Part shown: piece after piece, positions 12,409-25,875 of the stretch
Position numbering within the stretch: the first letter of the stretch is position 1
How the letters are laid out: every line of letters starts with the position of its first letter
Source: Eledone cirrhosa
Taxonomy: Eukaryota
NCBI GenBank assembly: GCA_964016885.1
Contig: OZ024748.1
Span: forward strand, 23,994,001 to 24,058,000
Direction of reading: 5' to 3'
DNA length: 64,000 bases
The notes under the pieces: model-generated
What the model was told of the DNA's origin: nothing
The model's database searches: none
The model's input: the letters and a program-made list of their open reading frames with translations, nothing else
Translations under genes and position numbers: made by a program

Positions 12409-12771
12409 TATCTATCTATTTAATAAAGAAACATATCTATCTGTCTGTTTGTCTGTCTGTCTGTCTATCTATTTATCTATCTGTCTGTCTATTATCTATT
12501 TATCTATCTATCTTTATTTCTCTCTCTTTCTCTCTCTGCCTCTCTCTCTGTCTCTATCTATCTATCAATCTGTCTGTATATCTATCTAATAAGTAAGCAA
12601 GAACGAAGTATCATCTTCTACATATTTTATTCACCGATGACGCACGTGTCGCTATCGATCAGCTCAAGGTACGATCGATTGCCTGAAATATATAATAAAA
12701 GACACTCACTGCTTGGTTTGGATTGGTTTTCGCTTCCGTATATTTTACATCCCTATAGTTAATTTAGCTGG

Positions 12772-12848
<77 letters not shown>

Positions 12849-12850
12849 CT

Positions 12851-12935
<85 letters not shown>

Positions 12936-13157
12936 TCTACAGACATTAAAATACAATGAGAGGAAACTTAATAGTACCACTGATGATGTTACAGGTGTGT
13001 GATGAACTTTGATCGAGTTTATATATACCGAATGTAATGTGCAGGGCGAAACTATTGTTATAGGAGTAAGATCTACTACTTAAAGTTTAAAACTTCAACC
13101 ACCATAGAACAAGATGGCTGAATTGAGATCTTATTGATAATTTATATATTAGGAATG

Positions 13158-13198
<41 letters not shown>

Positions 13199-13320
13199 GT
13201 TATGAAACGAAAGGAGGTGTGTGGTTACTAAAAACAAGGTTTAGGATGGTGGTTAGGACGGAACAGGAGGAGAAAAGAAGAAAGGAGTTTCCATCGTCAG
13301 CTGTAAATATATATATATAC

Positions 13321-13410
<90 letters not shown>

Positions 13411-13461
13411 ATATATATATGCATATATATATGTATATATATATACGTATACATACATATT

Positions 13462-13512
<51 letters not shown>

Positions 13513-13952
13513 CATTCAAAGTTATAGATGTCACGATGAGATAATCTCGAACGTGTGTCCTGTCTCCCAAAATCAGCTCATCGAAAAGATTCAAAGAATA
13601 AATCCGAGCATATAAACAGTATAAAATAGTGAATGATATAAATATATATACATAAATATTTAATGATATAAATGTATAATAGGACATATAAAACTTTAAC
13701 AAGAGAGAATCTATATAGAAGGGAGCTATGTATTTTTACATTCTATACAAATTGTCTCTTGTTTAAAGTTTGATATATCTTTTTATACGTTTATATTAGA
13801 TATTTATATGTATGTATATGTCAAGCACTATTTTATAATGTAAATAAATAAATAAATTTTAAATATATATATATATATATATATAAAAACTAAATCCTTA
13901 TGGGATTTTCCATTCAATTTACTTCCTAGTTGTATATTCTTAGCATAATCAA

Positions 13953-13981
13953 ACCCCGGGCAACGCCGGGTAAATTTCCTA

Positions 13982-13983
<2 letters not shown>
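13953..13983 (+). mobile_element. Helitron 3' terminus
   Basis: CCCGG-GCAACG-CCGGG hairpin followed after a short spacer by CTAG|T. Confidence 0.6.
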
Positions 13984-14037
<54 letters not shown>

Positions 14038-14039
14038 GA

Positions 14040-14165
14040 TCTGTCGAAACGGCCGGAGCTCAGCTGTGAGGGTCCTGATTATTTTCCTACTACCCACTCT
14101 GCTACCCTAAGTATCGAGTTCTCTGGTGCGTTATGGTCCACTAGTTCCTTACCACACTTTCTTTG

Positions 14166-14168
<3 letters not shown>
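14040..14168 (+). mobile_element. Family B diverged copy
   Basis: GTCGAAACGGCCGGAGCTCAGCTGT...CCTTACCACAC within (TA)n. Confidence 0.65.
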
Positions 14169-14207
<39 letters not shown>

Positions 14208-14245
14208 ATATATTATTATTATTATTATTATTATAATTATTATTA

Positions 14246-14288
<43 letters not shown>

Positions 14289-14295
<7 letters not shown>

Positions 14296-14620
14296 GATAA
14301 GCAGAACAAGTAAAATTCAATCAATTTTTCAAAATACATTAAAAAATATAATATAAATATTTACCTCTCCTAGTGGCCCTTACTGATCAGTTTCGCTTTG
14401 TAAAACCTCATAAATCCGATGGATTTATGATGGAAAACCAAAGCTCATCAGAGAAGCATTATGAGCTTTGGTTTTCCATCATAAATCCATCGGATTTATG
14501 AGGTTTTACAAAGCGAAACAGATCAGTAAGGGCCACTAGGAGAGGTAAATATTTATATTATATTTTTTAATGTATTTTGAAAAATTGATTGAATTTTACT
14601 TGTTCTGCTTATCTTAATAT
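14289..14620. mobile_element. Near-perfect ~160 bp inverted repeat (fold-back pLTR-like element)
   Basis: 14289-14448 is the reverse complement of 14461-14620. Confidence 0.9.
14377..14456 (-). ncRNA. Hammerhead ribozyme with long stem II
   Basis: UUCU-CUGAUGA-GCUUUG..UCAUAAAUCC-AUC-GGAUUUAUGA..CAAAGC-GAAAC-UGAUCA-GUA^AGGG. Palindromic ACUGAUCAGU stem III, weak stem I. Confidence 0.7.
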
Positions 14621-14718
14621 TAAAGTTCTGGTGTATCAAATTAATACCATTGAACAACCTTGAATCATAGACAACCTATGTATTTCTAGGGGTACCTAGT
14701 ATCCCTGGACATATTAAC

Positions 14719-14783
<65 letters not shown>

Positions 14784-15165
14784 CCTCCATCAAGGATCAA
14801 CTAAGCACCCTTGCTATATTAACACATTTTGATCTGCTTAACTTCAAGAACTATGCCTGTAAATAACATTATTCTTTCTGCACCATTTCTTTAACATGTG
14901 CAACACCACCATTCTACACCAATACATAGCACTATCATTTGATAATGCATAAAAATGCTGAAACCGGTAATAGACAATTATTATATATATAAATAGATAA
15001 ATAAATGCCATTGTTAATTAATAAATAAATCAACTAATACCTTAACACTTCACACAAAGTAAAATATTTCGTTTTAATCATTTTCTAACCCAGAAAAAAG
15101 AGAGAAATAAATAAAAAGGGAAAAAAATATATTTTTCTTCCTAATAATCCTCTCTTTCTCCCTGT

Positions 15166-15218
<53 letters not shown>

Positions 15219-15297
15219 TATGAAAACAGGTACCCGGACAGACGTTCAGATACCGTGATACAAACAGATACCCTGCAGATACCCGGACAGACGTTCC

Positions 15298-15549
15298 TCC
15301 ACGAAACTCGCGAGCCACGTATGGTCCCTCAAGGACTCAAGTATAGGCTACTCCATTCAATGGAAAGCCACCACTAAGTCCAAGCCATACGCAAGGGGAA
15401 ATCCGACGTTTGGCTTATGTATTGACGAATGAATAACTATCATAAAGAGATTACGCAATAGTGATTGCCTAAACACGAGAAGTGAATTTTTCACACGTTG
15501 TCCACACGTCACCAAACATATATTGCATAACTACAAGGCTCCGGACTGA
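15298..15549 (+). pseudogene. Penelope-like element, C-terminal part of GIY-YIG domain (not in ORF track)
   Basis: Manual translation STKLASHVWSLKDSSIGYSIQWKATTKSKPYARGNPTFGLCIDE*ITIIKRLRNSDCLNTRSEFFTRCPHVTKHILHNYKAPD* fits the PLE pattern HxWxLK...PY...LC..EK...LNxRxE...CxH. Confidence 0.75.
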
Positions 15550-15600
15550 TTCTTTGTAATTTTACTTTTAATTTTTTTAAATTATATATATTTATATATA

Positions 15601-15703
15601 TACAGGTGTACCCAAAAGTGTATACATACTTTGCTTACTTGTACAGGCAATATTTATTAGAATGCTGTTGAAGTGTGTATACATTTTTGGGAGACACCCT
15701 ATA
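15601..15703. mobile_element. Tc1/mariner-type MITE
   Basis: TA|CAGGTGTACCCAAAAGTGTATACA ... TGTATACATTTTTGGGAGACACCCTA|TA imperfect TIRs. Confidence 0.55.
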
Positions 15704-15915
15704 TATATATTAGGATTGGGGTAGTTTTGTAGGGTGTATTGGTGTGTGTAAATCCTTCCATGAAGAGATATCAATCACACACAGAAAGAAAGAAAGAAGA
15801 GAGTTACCGTTTGCCAAATTCCGATCACAAAGCTTTGTACAATCCGAGGTGCCACGCAGTGGGATGGAACCAGAACCACATGGCTGCAGTCTTTAATTAC
15901 AGTGCTATTCCACAC

Positions 15916-15960
<45 letters not shown>

Positions 15961-15976
15961 TATATATATATCTATA

Positions 15977-16058
15977 TACAGGGTGTCCCCCAAAAATATA
16001 TGCACATATTTATTAGAATGGTCTTGAAGAGTGTATACATTTTTGAGGGACATCCTGT
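15977..16058. mobile_element. Tc1/mariner-type MITE, related copy
   Basis: TA|CAGGGTGTCCCCCAAAAATATATGCAC ... GTGTATACATTTTTGAGGGACATCCTG. Confidence 0.55.
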
Positions 16059-16169
<111 letters not shown>

Positions 16170-16191
16170 TAGGCCTCATATCATGTTACCT

Positions 16192-16261
16192 TATTTTATC
16201 TGATGAGAACACAAGTTTTGTCCCAGGATGATGTTGTTTTCGAAATGCGCATAATAAAATA
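16192..16261 (+). ncRNA. Minimal hammerhead ribozyme, diverged family A copy
   Basis: TATTTTAT-CTGATGA-G...C-GAAA-TGCGCA-TA-ATAAAATA. Core and stem I are kept while stem II has diverged. Confidence 0.7.
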
Positions 16262-16329
16262 TATGGAACTTTTTTAACCATCTTTTAATTTCTTCTTTTA
16301 TATATGTATGTATATATGTATGTATATAT

Positions 16330-16938
16330 GTCAGGTCACCAGTTGGTGCTACTGGTAACATGTATCCCAGTACAACCTGTCTCATGGTCGGGTCGTTGGC
16401 GACTAAACTGGCAACCCCCATCAAGGTTTCTTGGTGAGGAGGGTGACTTTGGACATCCTGCAGGACTAAAAATAAAACCTGTCAAAGAGCAAAGGAGCTC
16501 TTAAGAGTCAATGGCCATATAAAATCACCGGGAGAGATGACCCCTTAGCCTTTGTCAAGGCAGAATTCTAGGAGAAGGAAAACTCTGATATAACACCTGC
16601 AACCCTCATGGTATCCAATGATGTTGACTTTTTTTCTTTTTGGTAAATATCATCTTGGTTAAGAGAGTGGGACTGGCTTTGTGCAGTGCCTTTGCTCACT
16701 ATAAAAGCTTCACGGCACAGGCATTGCTTTATATCTGGAGATCTCTCTGCACTTGTCGTCAGATGGTACGATGGGCCCGGCACTAGGTGTCAATAATTGT
16801 CACAAGTGTAGTGTTTGTACCAGAGTTTTCAAGTCGCTGACTGGACTAAAAAGTCACACTCGTTCAGCGCATCGGTAGGGGTTCTCCTACATGGATATAA
16901 AGTAGTGGCCGTACTCGAAAACGAGTTGGCAGCCACCA
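16330..16938 (+). mobile_element. Non-autonomous bipartite RTE-derived element (longest copy)
   Basis: RTE-5'UTR-like CTAGGAGAAGGAAAACTCTGA, and a 3' part (16789-16878) translating VNNCHKCSVCTRVFKSLTGLKSHTRSAHR* (C2H2 finger as at the C-terminus of some RTE ORFs). Ends in a simple-repeat tail. Confidence 0.7.
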
Positions 16939-17250
16939 TATATATATATATATATATATATGATAATAATGGAGCTGCGGCGCTGCAAATGGGTTACATA
17001 TGAAAAAGTTTGTCCTCATCAGTGGCCTTCCAACCGTCGTAGGCTTTCCGTCGCATTAAAGGCCATATACCTCTGGTTGGTGCGAGCAACGGCTAAAAAA
17101 AGTCGTTGGGACACGTAAATAAAGGGGACGCTAGGGTAAACAGACAAAATGGTTTAAGCAGCAGAAAGTGATATATATATATATATATATATATGCGTGT
17201 GTATGAGTGTCATGTATATTTATGTATATATATATATATACATATATATG

Positions 17251-17299
<49 letters not shown>

Positions 17300-17348
17300 G
17301 TGTGTATATATATATATATGTGTGTGGGTGTGTGAATATATATATTTA

Positions 17349-17382
<34 letters not shown>

Positions 17383-17450
17383 GCAATTGGAAAGACCAAC
17401 GGAAACATTGTTCCCTCGGTCCGATTTGACGAAAGTCGATCGTTCCTAAA

Positions 17451-17484
<34 letters not shown>

Positions 17485-18199
17485 ATAAATGTGGAGTGTG
17501 TGTATAAATGTGGAGTGTGTGTATAAATGTGGAGTGTGTATGGCACAGCGACAACAGTGACTCCTACGGATGGTCCCACAAGGTCCAGTCATTAATGTCC
17601 GGAAAGAAGAAAGAACATTTTGGTCAACGTTTAGTTTGGTTTAATGGTCAGTGGTCAGTCAGTGAGTCTGTTTGTCTCCTCAGTCAGTCAGTATCGGACA
17701 GACAGACATCTGTCACGGCGGTCAGCAGCTGTTGTCGCTGCTGCTCCCTTTTATAATAAATATACTGTATCATTAATTGCGCATGCGTATTTAGTTTCAT
17801 TGTTATAAGAGAGACCCGACGACTTTTTAAGCTTAGAAGAAATCTTAAGGCGAAGAAGGGAGGTGAAATACTGGGGACTGCGGACGCTTGTTTTTTTTCA
17901 TTCTTTCTTTCTTTCACATGGTAATTAGTGATATAAAGAGAGGTGAAATTGCTGCAGCTGGGAACTGTGACTAAACAGAGCCGGAACAGCTGGCCTAAAA
18001 TTGCTTTAAATATCACGGCGCAAGACACTCACTCTCTCTTTCTCTTTCTCTCTCCCTCCCCCCCCCTCACTTTCTCTTTATAATAAACTGCTCCTTACAT
18101 ATCCGAGAGGTATAAACTTTAGTTTCCATGGGATGTTGTGGTGTTTTTGCCTTTCTTATAAATTTTACTCTCGTTCACAAAACCCAAATCGAAGAAATT

Positions 18200-18289
<90 letters not shown>

Positions 18290-18438
18290 AAAGTTTTATT
18301 TAAAATTGTTGGGTTAACAACAAGTAAATATTTTATAACCGATATAAAGCACTCGAAATATGTATAATGAAATAAATATGGTTTTACAAATATAGTTTCC
18401 ATTTGCTTAATATCGTATATATATATTAATATATATAT

Positions 18439-18878
18439 AGGAAAATGTTCAAGACCCCGACGGCAGAGCTCAAGCCGTTTCGACGGCTATTTCTGGACTC
18501 ACCAAAAACATCCCAGTTCCACCTAGAAAACTTTACCTACGGATGCTCACTCAAAAAATCGACCTGTTTGCGAAAGGACTGAGATGGAGAATATTTTTCT
18601 ACGATAGATACCGCGACAACCAGGACTTCGACACCAAGGAGAGACTCGGATTTAATACCTACAAATCTCCCCCACCGAAACCCTCTGCTCTCACCCTTCG
18701 AGAACGACCTCTTCCACCTGGTCAAGGGTATAAAATTCAAACCCAGACACAACCGATTCCTACAACAACTCGAGTCCAGAAATAGCCGTCGAAACGGCTT
18801 GAGCTCTGCTGTCGGGGTCTTGAACATTTTCCTATTACCCACTCTACTACCCAAAGTATTGAGTACTCTGCTGCTTCA
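18439..18878 (+). mobile_element. PLE ORF N-terminal fragment bracketed by inverted family B ends
   Basis: TKNIPVPPRKLYLRMLTQKIDLFAKGLRWRIFFY...LGFNTYKSPP from ~18501. 18439-18500 is the reverse complement of 18771-18832. Confidence 0.75.
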
Positions 18879-19449
18879 TTATATATATATATATATATAT
18901 ATATAGTTTAGGGATCGTAACATTAAGTTACTGTTGGTTCACCAAAGTGACCACTCAATACGTAGTCTCCAGTACGTACTTTGGAGTTGTACTAAACAGA
19001 GTGTAATAATAAATATATTTTTTTATAACGCTGTACGGGAATCATTCCATCATTGTGCTAACAGAAGTATGATGATTCCAGAGTCGGTCACGAACAATAG
19101 AGATCGAACCTTGAACATTTGCAGGTGTGGAGGAGGACTTCTTATTACGAAGTCTGTGGATGGTCTGCCAGAACATTTTATTTGCTGATCGGAATTCGGA
19201 TTCCAGCTTAACCTCAAAGTCCTCCCATGTCTTAGCTTTGGGACGCCTTTACTGTCGACAAAGCTGTTTTGCTCTAGAATGGGTCGCATTGACAGATAGT
19301 GATACGGCCTACAGATATGATGGTTAGTTGCGATATAAGCGGGAACCTGCCGGACGAATAAACAACCCCGGACCAACAGCGATAAACTACTAGAGGAGAT
19401 GGAACAATGAGTGACACATATAGCTCCCAAGAAAACTCTCACAATCCAG

Positions 19450-20533
19450 TGAGCGAGGCTTGGTGTGGCGTCGGGTGGCAGGAGGACACCTTGTTTCAAT
19501 CAAGAGGTCAAAGATGTCTTCCAAGCAGAGAAGGAGACTTACAAAGCTTGGCTTGGAAATATGACGAGGCGAGTAAAGGCCGCCTCTAGTCTTGGCGGGC
19601 TTGAGAAAAGTAGTAAAGTTGTGACTGGCACGAAGAAGGCCACCAAACTGTAATATCGTGAGAGGTAAGAAATCATACCACATCGTCCTTCGCGTGAGTT
19701 ATATCCTGAAATCCCATAGAGGGTTCGGAAGAGAGCAAACCTTGACAATTGGAGCCTGGAACATCACAACCCTTTCAGGTTAGGAGTAGGAACTAGTGGA
19801 GGAGGCTAGACGCTACCGGTTAGACATAGTGGGTTTTCCTCAACAAAGTTTCCTGGCCTTGGTAATGTAGACTTGGATAGAGGGTGGAAACTCCACTATT
19901 CAGGTCTGGCGCCAGAAAGGACTGCACAGGCGGGTATGAGGATACTGACAAGCCCCCGGTTGTCAGAATGTGTTATGAACTAGATACCATTAGGAGGGAG
20001 GTTTAGCCTCCTATATTAGGCTGAAAGATAGGTCTCTGTGGGTAGTGCAAGTGTACCAAACAAGTAGTTCAAATACAGACACTTTCTTGATGACATCCAT
20101 AAAATATTAATGTAAAAGGGGAATCGGGGATAGAGATCAATAATTGATTTTATTATTGTCTCTGATCTCTTCCATTCAGTGTTGGATGTTCGTGTTAAGA
20201 GAGGGACTGAGCTGTCAACTGATCACCATCTGGTTATCTGCAGCTTGTGACTAGCTAAAGCCAGAGAAACCCAGCAAGTGGGAAGTGTTAGTGGATAAGG
20301 AAGTGGGGACCATGTATGCAGGTACTATTGCATCCAAATTCAGAGAACACCTTGAACAAACTGAGGACATTGAAACAGAGTTTCTACTTCCGCTGCTAAA
20401 TACTACAGGCGAAAGAGGTTGGGTGGCACCAGGTGGCAGGAGGACACATTGGTTTAATCAAGTGGTCAAAGACGTCATCCGAGCAAAGAAGGGGCCTACA
20501 AAGTTTAGCTTGGAAATAAGTCCTCCTTCCTGA
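19450..20533 (+). mobile_element. Decayed RTE-clade LINE, APE endonuclease region
   Basis: GAWNITTLSG..ELVEEARRYRLDIVG (~19750), VLDVRVKRGTELSTDHHLV (~20180), GGRRTHWFNQVVKDVI. Contains stops and deletions. Confidence 0.8.
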
Positions 20534-20829
20534 AAAATCGCACGGAAAATCGCACTGTATATATATACATATATTTTTTTTACATTCATATGATTTATTG
20601 ATTTATTGATATTTTATCTGAGTGACCCAAATCTTCCTGATCGTAATTTTTCGGTCGTATGGGTGATTTTAGACATAATCTTTGTGTGTTGGTATTTTAA
20701 CGATAGTTATAGCTCTGATTTATCTGAATTATTGAGCCCTCTGCCACTCATGTCGAATTTGTTTATCGTAAGCTCGTGAGCCGATTTTTCGATACTCGAT
20801 TATTCTACTATATATATACATATATATAA

Positions 20830-20944
<115 letters not shown>

Positions 20945-21238
20945 CGACCGATAGACAGTATTAGCAATTGGAAAGACCAACGGAAACATCGTTTTCTCGG
21001 TTCGATTTGACGAAAGTATTTCGACAAAATATATATATATATATGAATATATATCATGATATTAAATTAAATATCCCGTTTGCTTATATGAATATATATA
21101 TATAAATATATGCAAAAGTTCTATTTAAATTGTTGGGAAATATTTTTATAACTGATAACTATCCTGATGTCTTCCAAAAGTAACGGTTGCATTTTGAAAG
21201 GGTACGTCAATGTTTATTTATAAAACTAGTATATATTG

Positions 21239-21303
21239 TATTTTGTCTGATGAAGGCATACCATAATTTAACTTGGTATCCTTGAAATATGTATAATGAA
21301 ATA
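21239..21303 (+). ncRNA. Minimal hammerhead ribozyme, family D
   Basis: TATTTTGT-CTGATGA-AGGCATACCA..TGGTATCCTT-GAAA-TATGTA-TA-ATGAAATA. Confidence 0.65.
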
Positions 21304-21535
21304 AATATGGTTTTATAAATATAGTTTCCATTTGTTAATATCGTATATATAAATATATATGTGTACGTGTTAATCACACCTTTATATACGATTGTTGATG
21401 GTCAATCATCTATTTACTTCTATCGTAGGAGTTGAGGAAATATTTTTTAATTGAAATACATTCGGACATTTTGCCAAAAAATTTAGTTTATAGTCTACTC
21501 CATTCGTCTATATATATACACACACACACACACAC

Positions 21536-21814
<279 letters not shown>

Positions 21815-22032
21815 AAGGTTAAAGAAGGTTCAATGAATAAATCAAAGAATAAAGTTTTACAATAGATTAGAAGCACTCCACATAAATGGTTTTCCGGAGT
21901 TATTAATATTAATTCCAAATATTAACAAAAATAGACATTCGTGTGATCAAGTATATTTTATTATACATATTTCAGTCATGGCATGACTGAATTTTAACCA
22001 TCTACTTAGTCAGGCTATGTCATGCATCATCT

Positions 22033-22099
22033 TATTTTATCTGATGAGGACGTACTGTTGAAGATAACTCAGTACCTCTGAAATATGTATAATAAAATA
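22033..22099 (+). ncRNA. Minimal hammerhead ribozyme within a fold-back element (21909-21975 inverted vs 22078-22144)
   Basis: TATTTTAT-CTGATGA-GGACGTACTG..CAGTACCTCT-GAAA-TATGTA-TA-ATAAAATA, with a perfect 8-bp stem I. Confidence 0.7.
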
Positions 22100-22140
22100 T
22101 ACTTGATCACACGAATGTCTATTTTTGTTAATATTTTGAA

Positions 22141-22188
<48 letters not shown>

Positions 22189-22217
22189 CATACATACATA
22201 TATATATATATACGTAC

Positions 22218-22329
<112 letters not shown>

Positions 22330-22345
22330 TGTATATATATATATC

Positions 22346-22376
<31 letters not shown>

Positions 22377-22664
22377 CACGACTCACAGATGATATATGCC
22401 TTCCTTTAGCTTTAGAATATATTTTTTGATATTGCCTAGTTGTGAAGGCTTTGTACTTGAGCCACAATTAAAAGCTCTTCCGCTTCTCTTTTTAGAATGG
22501 CACTTTCCAGCCATCAATGGAATTACTCTTTGTTCACAATCAACTTTATTTTCACCATTTGGGGAAAATGGTAGTTTAGTCGGTTATGTTTCCCACAGGG
22601 TTCGCTGGGTCCCGCACTACGCTTTTGATGTTTTTACTCATAACTTTCTATTTTTGTTTACTGC

Positions 22665-22758
22665 TGTGTGTGTGTGTGTGTGTGTCAGTGTCTGTTTGTT
22701 GGTGTGAGTTTGTGTTTGTGTGTGTGTGTGTGTCAGTGTCTGTTTGTTGGTGTGAGTT

Positions 22759-22796
<38 letters not shown>

Positions 22797-22820
22797 AGTG
22801 CCTGTTTGTTGGTGTGAGTT

Positions 22821-22855
<35 letters not shown>

Positions 22856-23112
22856 CAGTGTCTGTTTGTTGGTGTGAGTTTGTGTTTGTGTGTGTGTGTG
22901 TGTGTCAGTGTCTGTTTGTTGGTGTGAGTTTGTGTTTGTGTGTGTGTGTGTGTGTGTCAGTGTCTGTTTGTTGGTGTGAGTTTGTGTTTGTGTGTGTGTC
23001 AGTGTCTGTTTGTTGGTGTGAGTTTGTGTTTGTGTGTGTGTCAGTGTCTGTTTGTTGGTGTGAGTTTGTGTTTGTGTGTGTGTCAGTGTCTGTTTGTTGG
23101 TGTGAGTTTGTG

Positions 23113-23178
<66 letters not shown>

Positions 23179-23930
23179 AGTGTCTGTTTGTTGGTGTGAG
23201 TTTGTGTTTCTGTGTGTGTGTGTGTGTGTGTGTCAGTGTCTGTTTGTTGGTGTGAGTGTGTGTTTGTGGTTGTGTGTGTGTGTGTTTGTGTGTGTCAATG
23301 TCTGTTTGCTGGTGAGTGAGTGTGTGTGTCTGTTTGTGTGTGTGTTAGTGTCTGCTTGTTGGTGTGAGTGTGTGTTTGTGTGTGTTTTTGTGTGCGTGCC
23401 TGTTTGTTGGTGTGAGTGTGTGTTTGTGTGTGCATCAGTGTGAGTGTCTGTTGGTGTTAGTGTATGTGTGTATGTATGCCTGTTAGTTGGTGTGACAGTG
23501 TATGTTTGTGTGTGCCTCAGTGTCTGTTTGTTGGAGTGTGTGTGTATGTTTGTTGGTGTGAGTGTGTATGCTTGTTTGTTGGTGTGTGGGTGTGTGTTAG
23601 TCTGTGCCTCAGTGTGTGTGTGTTTGTTTGTTGGTGTGTGCGTGTATTAGGGTCTGTTTTTGCTAGTGTGTGAGTGTGTATATATATATGTCTGTGTGTG
23701 GGTGGGGGGTCTGTTTGATGGAGTGTGAGTGTGAGTGTGCGCGTGTGGTTGGCTATGTGCGTGGGTAGGTGTGTGTGTGTGTGCGTATGTCTATTTGTTA
23801 GTGGGTGTGTGTGTATATGTCTATTTGTTAGTGGGTGTGTATGTGTGTATATTTGTTAGTGGGTGTGTATGTGTGTATATTTGTTAGTGGGTGTGTGTGT
23901 GTATGTATATTTGTTAGTGGGTGTGTGTGC
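22665..23930. repeat. Compound minisatellite CAGTGTCTGTTTGTTGGTGTGAGTTTGTGTT(TG)n decaying rightwards
   Basis: Direct reading. Confidence 0.9.
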
Positions 23931-24112
23931 ATGCGTGCGAAAATATATGCATGTACGTGTGTATATGTATATATGTTAGTGTATATGTGTGTGTGTGTGC
24001 TTAAGGCAGTGCATGTATGTGTGAGAGAGAAAATATATGCCTGTGTGTATGTATATGTATATGGGTTAGCGTATATGTGTGTGTTAGTGTATATGTGTAT
24101 ATATAAATATGC

Positions 24113-24155
<43 letters not shown>

Positions 24156-24257
24156 TGTGTGTGCCTGTGTGTATGGGGGGGGGGGGGTCCATGTGAATTT
24201 ATGTATGTTTATCTCTATGAATCTATGCACGTGCGTCTGTGTATAAGCATATGAGTG

Positions 24258-24650
24258 ATGTTTGCAGGGATTTGGTTGCTATTTCTAGCAAGTGATTTTC
24301 TTTTCTTTACTTAAGTTCGTGCAATGTGATATTTGTTGGGATTTTAGCTACTATTTCTAGCAGATTACCTCTTCCCTTCTTTACTTAAGAGGATAGTGTG
24401 ATATTTGGAGGGATTTTAGCGGCCATTTCTAGCAGGTGATCTCTTCCCTTCCTTACTTAACAGAATAGTGTGATATTTGGAAGGATTTTGATGGCTATTT
24501 CAAGCAGGTGATCTCTTCCCTTCCTTACTTAACAGAATAGTGTGATATTTGGAAGGATTTTGATGGCTATTTCAAGCAGGTGATCTCTTCCTTACTTAAG
24601 AATGTAGAATGTCTTATTTTGAGGGAGATTTGGCGACTATTTCTAGCAGA
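24258..24650. repeat. Degenerate ~65-70 bp tandem repeat with GGATTT..GCTATTTCTAGCAG core
   Basis: About 6 units. The same core occurs at ~39060, 39230 and 39565. Confidence 0.75.
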
Positions 24651-24991
24651 GCAAACCACTAGGTGATGCCTCCTTCATCGTTTAGTGATGTTTTGTTCGT
24701 ATTTTTAAATCTAGCGAAATATCCTACTTTCGGAGCTGCATTGTTTGGAAATGAACCTGCTGCTGTTAACGATCCGAGGAGTTCAGTCAATATCACAGGG
24801 AACAACAACGATGTTTATAGCTTTTATTTTATTTTAACGCCAACTTCACATTTTATTATCATTCCCAGCCTTCACGAATATTCTTCACCAATTTTAAAAA
24901 TACAAACATAAGACAACAAAAAAAGAAAAAAGAAAAAAGAATATCATTATTGGCTTATGATCCAACATCACCAACACCACAGGTACCACCC

Positions 24992-25875
24992 CACTACTAC
25001 CACCACTACTAACACCATTACCATCACCACTACTGCTACCACTACTACCACAACTACTACCAACACTACTACCACAACTACTACCACCACTACTACCACC
25101 ACTACTACCATCACTACTACCAACACTACTACCACCACTACTACCACCACTACTACCATCACTACTACCACCACTACTACCACCACTACTACCAACACTA
25201 CTACCACCACTACTACCAACACTACTACCACCACTACTACCACCACTACTACCAACACTACTACCAACACTACTACCACCACTACTACCACCACTACTAC
25301 CATCACTACTACCACCACTACTACCACCACTACTATCACCACTACTACCACCACTACTACCATCACTACTACCACCACTACTACCACCACTACTACCAAC
25401 ACTACTACCACCACTACTACCAACACTACTACCACCACTACTACCATCACTACTACCACCACTACTACCACCACTACTACCACCACTACTACCACCACTA
25501 CTACCAACACTACTACCAACACTACTACCACCACTACTACCACCACTACTACCACCACTACTACCACCACCACTACCATCACTACTACTACCACTACTAC
25601 CACCAATACTACCACCACTACTACCACCACAACTACCATCACTACTACTACCACTACTACCACCAATACTACCACCACTACTACCACCACCACTACCATC
25701 ACTACTACCACCACTACTACCAACACTACTACCAACACTACTAACACCACTACTACCACCACTACTACCATCACTACTACCACCACTACTACCACCAATA
25801 CTACCAACACTACTACCAACACTACTACCACCACTACTACCATCACTACTACCACCACTACTACCACCACCATCA
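24992..25875. repeat. 12-bp (CCACTACTACCA)n minisatellite
   Basis: Direct reading. Confidence 0.95.

Noticed and set aside
12625-12702. Further hammerhead-like remnants (CCGATGA...GAAATATATA here; CGATGAG..CTCGAAC..GTC near 13530)
   Set aside because: The cores are mutated and the pairing is too weak to call by eye.
15430-15434. In-frame TGA in the PLE endonuclease fragment as selenocysteine
   Set aside because: It falls at the position normally Lys (E-K), not Cys, in a decayed fragment, so a nonsense mutation is simpler.
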